Notes under the pieces: generated by a model
The model's input: the letters and a program-made list of their open reading frames with translations, nothing else
What the model was told of the DNA's origin: nothing
Databases searched by the model: none
Shown here: positions 17,258-20,000 of the stretch, piece after piece
How the letters are laid out: each line of letters begins with the position of its first letter
Numbering within the stretch: position 1 is the stretch's first letter
Origin: an uncultured virus (IMG/VR IMGVR_UViG_3300025470_000020)
Taxonomy: Duplodnaviria; Heunggongvirae; Uroviricota; Caudoviricetes
Virus record (IMG/VR): IMGVR_UViG_3300025470_000020
Reading direction: 5' to 3' (one strand)
DNA length: 20,000 nt
Made by a program: the position numbers and the translations under genes

Positions 17258-17568
17258 TATCCTGTGATGATTTTCTTTTGTGGTGGAACAACTAAACCTG
17301 CCCCAAATATTTGTTTATAGTTTGTGATAAAGTCTTCTGCTGGAACATAGTTATATACTACGTTTCTTTTACTTAAAATGACTGTGGCATCTTTCTTTTG
17401 TTCTGCATGGAGTGGAAAAGGCGAAAAACCTACGTTTGGTTTACCATCTTGTCCTCGAACAATTGAAATACCTACTGGATTTAAAACAACGAATTCTGTT
17501 TCAGACTGACTTTCTACTTCGCCTAAAACGTCTTCACCTGTGATTAATTTGAATGCAATTACTTCCAT
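17257..17568 (-). CDS. Conserved small phage protein upstream of gp43 (possible Sm-like beta fold)
   Basis: KLITGEDVLG...NPV...GFSPF...Y.QIFGAGLVVP. AGGAG RBS at 17575-17579 and TAATG coupling to gp43. The fold is an inference. Confidence 0.75.
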   Translation of the reverse strand: MEVIAFKLITGEDVLGEVESQSETEFVVLNPVGISIVRGQDGKPNVGFSPFPLHAEQKKDATVILSKRNVVYNYVPAEDFITNYKQIFGAGLVVPPQKKIITG

Positions 17569-17584
17569 TTGACTCTCCTAGTTA

Positions 17585-17592
17585 TATAAATA
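17585..17592 (+). promoter_or_regulatory. T4-type late promoter TATAAATA (gp55-dependent)
   Basis: Exact TATAAATA in the only sizeable intergenic region, 45 nt upstream of the first plus-strand ATG (17638). Confidence 0.8.
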
Positions 17593-17602
17593 CTTATCAA
17601 GG

Positions 17603-17631
17603 ATTATACAATAATCATTCATGAATGTCAA
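17603..17631 (-). promoter_or_regulatory. Perfect sigma70 consensus promoter (early) for the replication operon
   Basis: Minus strand reads TTGACA (17631-17626), a 17 nt spacer, then TATAAT (17608-17603), followed by AGGAG and ATG 17568. Confidence 0.9.
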
Positions 17632-17637
17632 GTTAAT

Positions 17638-17916
17638 ATGGATATATTTAAGTTAATTGCCGATTTGGGTTTTCCAATAGCCGCTGCTTGTGCTGGTGGT
17701 TATTTCATCTTTTTAACTGTAAAGTTTATCCTCGCAGGAGTTCTCTCAAGAGTCAAGGGCTTAAATGGTATAATTATAGCTTTGGACAATAGAGTTAAAA
17801 CCATGAATCATGATATTATTAGAATTGATACTTTAATGTCTAACGCTTTAAAAGTTCGTCCTGATTTGGATCGTATTGCTAGAGCAGATGGCAAAAACGA
17901 CGCTAGAAAGGATTAA
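17638..17916 (+). CDS. Small single-pass membrane protein with coiled coil (GFPI type, YvrJ-like), paralogue 1
   Basis: LIADLGFPIAAACAGGYFIF hydrophobic segment, then IIALDNRVKTMNHDIIRID, and a charged C-terminus. Confidence 0.75.
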   Translation: MDIFKLIADLGFPIAAACAGGYFIFLTVKFILAGVLSRVKGLNGIIIALDNRVKTMNHDIIRIDTLMSNALKVRPDLDRIARADGKNDARKD

Positions 17917-17917
17917 A

Positions 17918-18703
17918 ATGATTAAAGTAATGCCTTTTCCAAAACAAGCTCATTTATTTGCTGTATTAAGCAATTTAGCATATTCGGATCCATTCGATTC
18001 AAAACCCAAATTTGATGAGTTAGGTTTTAGAAGTGAGTTCTTTGATTGCAATGGAAGTCAAGCTTATTTATTGACTAATGATGAAGATGCAATCGTTGTT
18101 TGCCGAGGCACACAACCAACTGATTGGAGAGATTTAGCGGCAGATTTAGAAGCTAATCCTGTTCCAAGTTCAACAGGCAAAGGTTTAGTTCATTATGGTT
18201 TTAAACATAGTGTAGATAATATTTGGCCAACATTAGAACCAATGTTAAAAGAATTAGGTAAGAAAAGAACCATCTGGTGTACCGGTCATAGTTTAGGTGC
18301 AGCGATGGCAACTATTGTAGCTTATAAACTACAAAGAGATGAAAATTTACCAAGTGCTCAAGCATTATTTACTTATGGAAGTCCAAGAGTTGGAACACAT
18401 GAGTATATTGAAGGCATTACAAACACAGGTGTATTACATTTTAGATTTGTAAACAATACAGATATGGTTCCTCGTGTTCCTGTTTGGCCTTATAAACATT
18501 TTGGTGGAATGTATTACATGAACCATTGGGGCAATTTGAGAAGTTTTAGTGGATGGCAATTGACTAAAGATGTATGGCGTGGCTTTATCAGAGGTGTTAA
18601 AAATAAAAAATTCAGTTTACTTGATAACCATGCTATAGGTCATTATGTTTTAAATCTATATGATTGGTCTCAAGGTGTTGAGCATCCACAGGATAAAATT
18701 TAA
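17918..18703 (+). CDS. Lipase class 3 (alpha/beta hydrolase)
   Basis: VVCRGT, VHYGF, nucleophile elbow TGHSLGAAMA, TYGSPRVG, RFVNNTDMVPRVP and DNHAI, giving a complete Ser-Asp-His triad. Start revised to ATG 17918 after AAGGA. Confidence 0.93.
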   Translation: MIKVMPFPKQAHLFAVLSNLAYSDPFDSKPKFDELGFRSEFFDCNGSQAYLLTNDEDAIVVCRGTQPTDWRDLAADLEANPVPSSTGKGLVHYGFKHSVDNIWPTLEPMLKELGKKRTIWCTGHSLGAAMATIVAYKLQRDENLPSAQALFTYGSPRVGTHEYIEGITNTGVLHFRFVNNTDMVPRVPVWPYKHFGGMYYMNHWGNLRSFSGWQLTKDVWRGFIRGVKNKKFSLLDNHAIGHYVLNLYDWSQGVEHPQDKI

Positions 18704-18984
18704 TGGAAGAATTAGCAGATTTAATTAGTAAATATGGATTTCCTATTATCGCTGCTTGCGGTATGGGTTATCTTATTTTTTATGTTTGGAAGTGGGCAAC
18801 AGAAGAAACAGAACCAGTATTAAATGAAACTGAAAAGATAGTGATTGCTTTGATTGACCGTATTAGAATGCTAGATAATGATTTGATTAGATTAAATCAA
18901 AAACTTAATGTAGTATTAATGATGCGAGAAATTAAAGATGAAGAAAACAATAAGAATTCTCATACTGACGATACTGTCAAGTAG
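18703..18984 (+). CDS. Small single-pass membrane protein with coiled coil (GFPI type, YvrJ-like), paralogue 2
   Basis: LISKYGFPIIAACGMGYLIF and VIALIDRIRMLDNDLIRLN align directly with 17638..17916. TAATG coupling to the lipase. Confidence 0.75.
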   Translation: MEELADLISKYGFPIIAACGMGYLIFYVWKWATEETEPVLNETEKIVIALIDRIRMLDNDLIRLNQKLNVVLMMREIKDEENNKNSHTDDTVK

Positions 18985-19378
18985 CGCATATGCAGAACAG
19001 ACGTTTCAATTTAAATCTCCTTCTTTTTCAGGTATAGGATACTCTTCTCACGTTCAAACAATAGAGAATACTGAATACACTCGTAAACAAGCAATTTATG
19101 CGGCCAAAAAACAAGCTGCAATTGATGCTGCTACAGCTGCAGGTAATACTATATTAGCCAAGTTCTTGACTAACTTTGAGAGCAGAGTCTATGCTCAACT
19201 ATCTACACAATTAATTAATAATCTGTTTGGTGAAAATCCACAAAATAGTGGAACTGTTACCATTGAAGGCAATACTATTACATACACTAAAACAGCTGAC
19301 ATGATTAACATGACTGTTAAGGATCAAAATGGTAATGTAACACAAGTTAGTATTCCTATTGGAACTTTAAGTTTCTAA
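18938..19378 (+). CDS. csgF: Curli assembly/transport component CsgF homologue
   Basis: Signal peptide ending in AYA, mature N-terminus FQFKSPSFSG (compare CsgF F.NP.FGG), F..NFESRVYAQLS.QL, G..TIEG and a terminal beta-rich region. Lies immediately upstream of csgG. Confidence 0.8.
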   Translation: MKKTIRILILTILSSSAYAEQTFQFKSPSFSGIGYSSHVQTIENTEYTRKQAIYAAKKQAAIDAATAAGNTILAKFLTNFESRVYAQLSTQLINNLFGENPQNSGTVTIEGNTITYTKTADMINMTVKDQNGNVTQVSIPIGTLSF

Positions 19379-19379
19379 T

Positions 19380-20000
19380 ATGAAAAAAATATTAATAGCA
19401 CTTATGTGTATAACAATAATTGGCTGCACACCGCCAATGAATGTTATTAAAAAAGAACCAGAAATTATGCCAATGAAATGGGCTAGAGCTCCATTACCTG
19501 AACCTGCTAAAGGTAAAGTAGTTGTAGCTGTTTATAGTTTTGCTGATAAAACTGGTCAAAGAAAAGATTCTGCTACAATTGCTAAATTATCATCAGCTGT
19601 AACACAAGGCGGTGAAACAGTATTATTAAAATCATTAGAAGATGCTGGTGATGGAAAATGGTTTAGAATAGTAGAACGAGTTGGTATAGACAACTTATTA
19701 AAAGAAAGACAACTAATTCGTTCAGCAAGAGATGAAGCAAGAGATCCTTCTGGAATCAGACCTATGTTGTATGCAGGTATGATTATTGAAGGCGGAATTA
19801 TAAGTTATGATACAAATATAAGAACAGGTGGTATTGGTGTTCGTTGGTTAGGAATTGGACCAGACACACAATATCAAGAAGATGTGGTGACTGTAAGTAT
19901 TAGAGCAATTAGCACACAAACAGGTGAAGTGCTATTAACAGTAAACGCTCAAAAAACCATATTGAGTTATACAGCAGGTGTAGCTATATTTAAGTTTTTT
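19380..20000 (+). CDS. csgG: Curli secretion channel CsgG homologue (outer-membrane lipoprotein), 3' end outside window
   Basis: Not in the ORF track. Manual translation: MKKILIALMCITIIGC (lipobox) ...PLPEPAKGKVVVAVYSFADKTGQRK...SSAVTQGG...KWFRIVERVGIDNLLKERQLIRSAR...EGGIISYDTNIRTGGIGVRWLGIG...YQEDVVTVSIRAISTQTGEVLLTV...KTILS. These are classic CsgG motifs, and the frame is open to the window end. Confidence 0.93.
   Translation, partial: MKKILIALMCITIIGCTPPMNVIKKEPEIMPMKWARAPLPEPAKGKVVVAVYSFADKTGQRKDSATIAKLSSAVTQGGETVLLKSLEDAGDGKWFRIVERVGIDNLLKERQLIRSARDEARDPSGIRPMLYAGMIIEGGIISYDTNIRTGGIGVRWLGIGPDTQYQEDVVTVSIRAISTQTGEVLLTVNAQKTILSYTAGVAIFKFF

Noticed and set aside
2060..17320. Plus-strand ORFs antisense to the minus-strand genes (e.g. 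2060..2302, 5501..5755, 8232..8564, 9054..9356, 11777..11983, 12394..12678, 12808..13056, 13270..13521, 13543..13797, 14494..14676, 15078..15278, 16836..17057, 17045..17320)
   Set aside because: They lie opposite well-supported genes, have no recognisable motifs, and show Ser/Ile/Phe-rich composition typical of antisense shadow ORFs.
1046..17918. Long N-terminal extensions in the ORF track (starts 1810, 3159, 5298, 12412, 13888, 17876)
   Set aside because: They overlap upstream genes. Internal ATGs with an RBS or stop/start coupling (1759, 3135, 5202, 12310, 13741, 17918) fit better.
1..20000. tRNA, rRNA, structured ncRNA, rho-independent terminators, alternative genetic code
   Set aside because: There is almost no intergenic space and no GC-rich hairpin followed by a U tract was seen. 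Core genes translate full length in the standard code.

Overview
AT-rich, densely coding 20 kb segment of a T4-like (myovirus) bacteriophage genome, most like environmental/aquatic T4-like phages. A near-gapless minus-strand block (17568 to 1) starts at a perfect sigma70 consensus promoter. It runs through a small conserved ORF, gp43 family-B DNA polymerase, two envelope-targeted proteins, UvsX, a gene in the gp40 position, gp41 helicase, a DUF4338/DruA-like protein and a putative PD-(D/E)xK nuclease. It then enters a 10-gene glycan-building island: GT2, a GT-A-like enzyme, HtrL/YibB, a SAM methyltransferase, two GT9-like proteins, a HAD-nucleotidyltransferase fusion, an RxRxD protein, a TylF O-methyltransferase and a GDPD-like protein. 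A divergent plus-strand operon lies behind a T4 late promoter (TATAAATA). It encodes two paralogous small membrane proteins flanking a class 3 lipase, followed by homologues of the curli secretion pore components CsgF and CsgG (CsgG truncated by the window). This late membrane protein/lipase/CsgF/CsgG cassette is the most interesting element and may be a non-canonical lysis or envelope-remodelling system. All family calls come from motif recognition by eye; no database searches were run.
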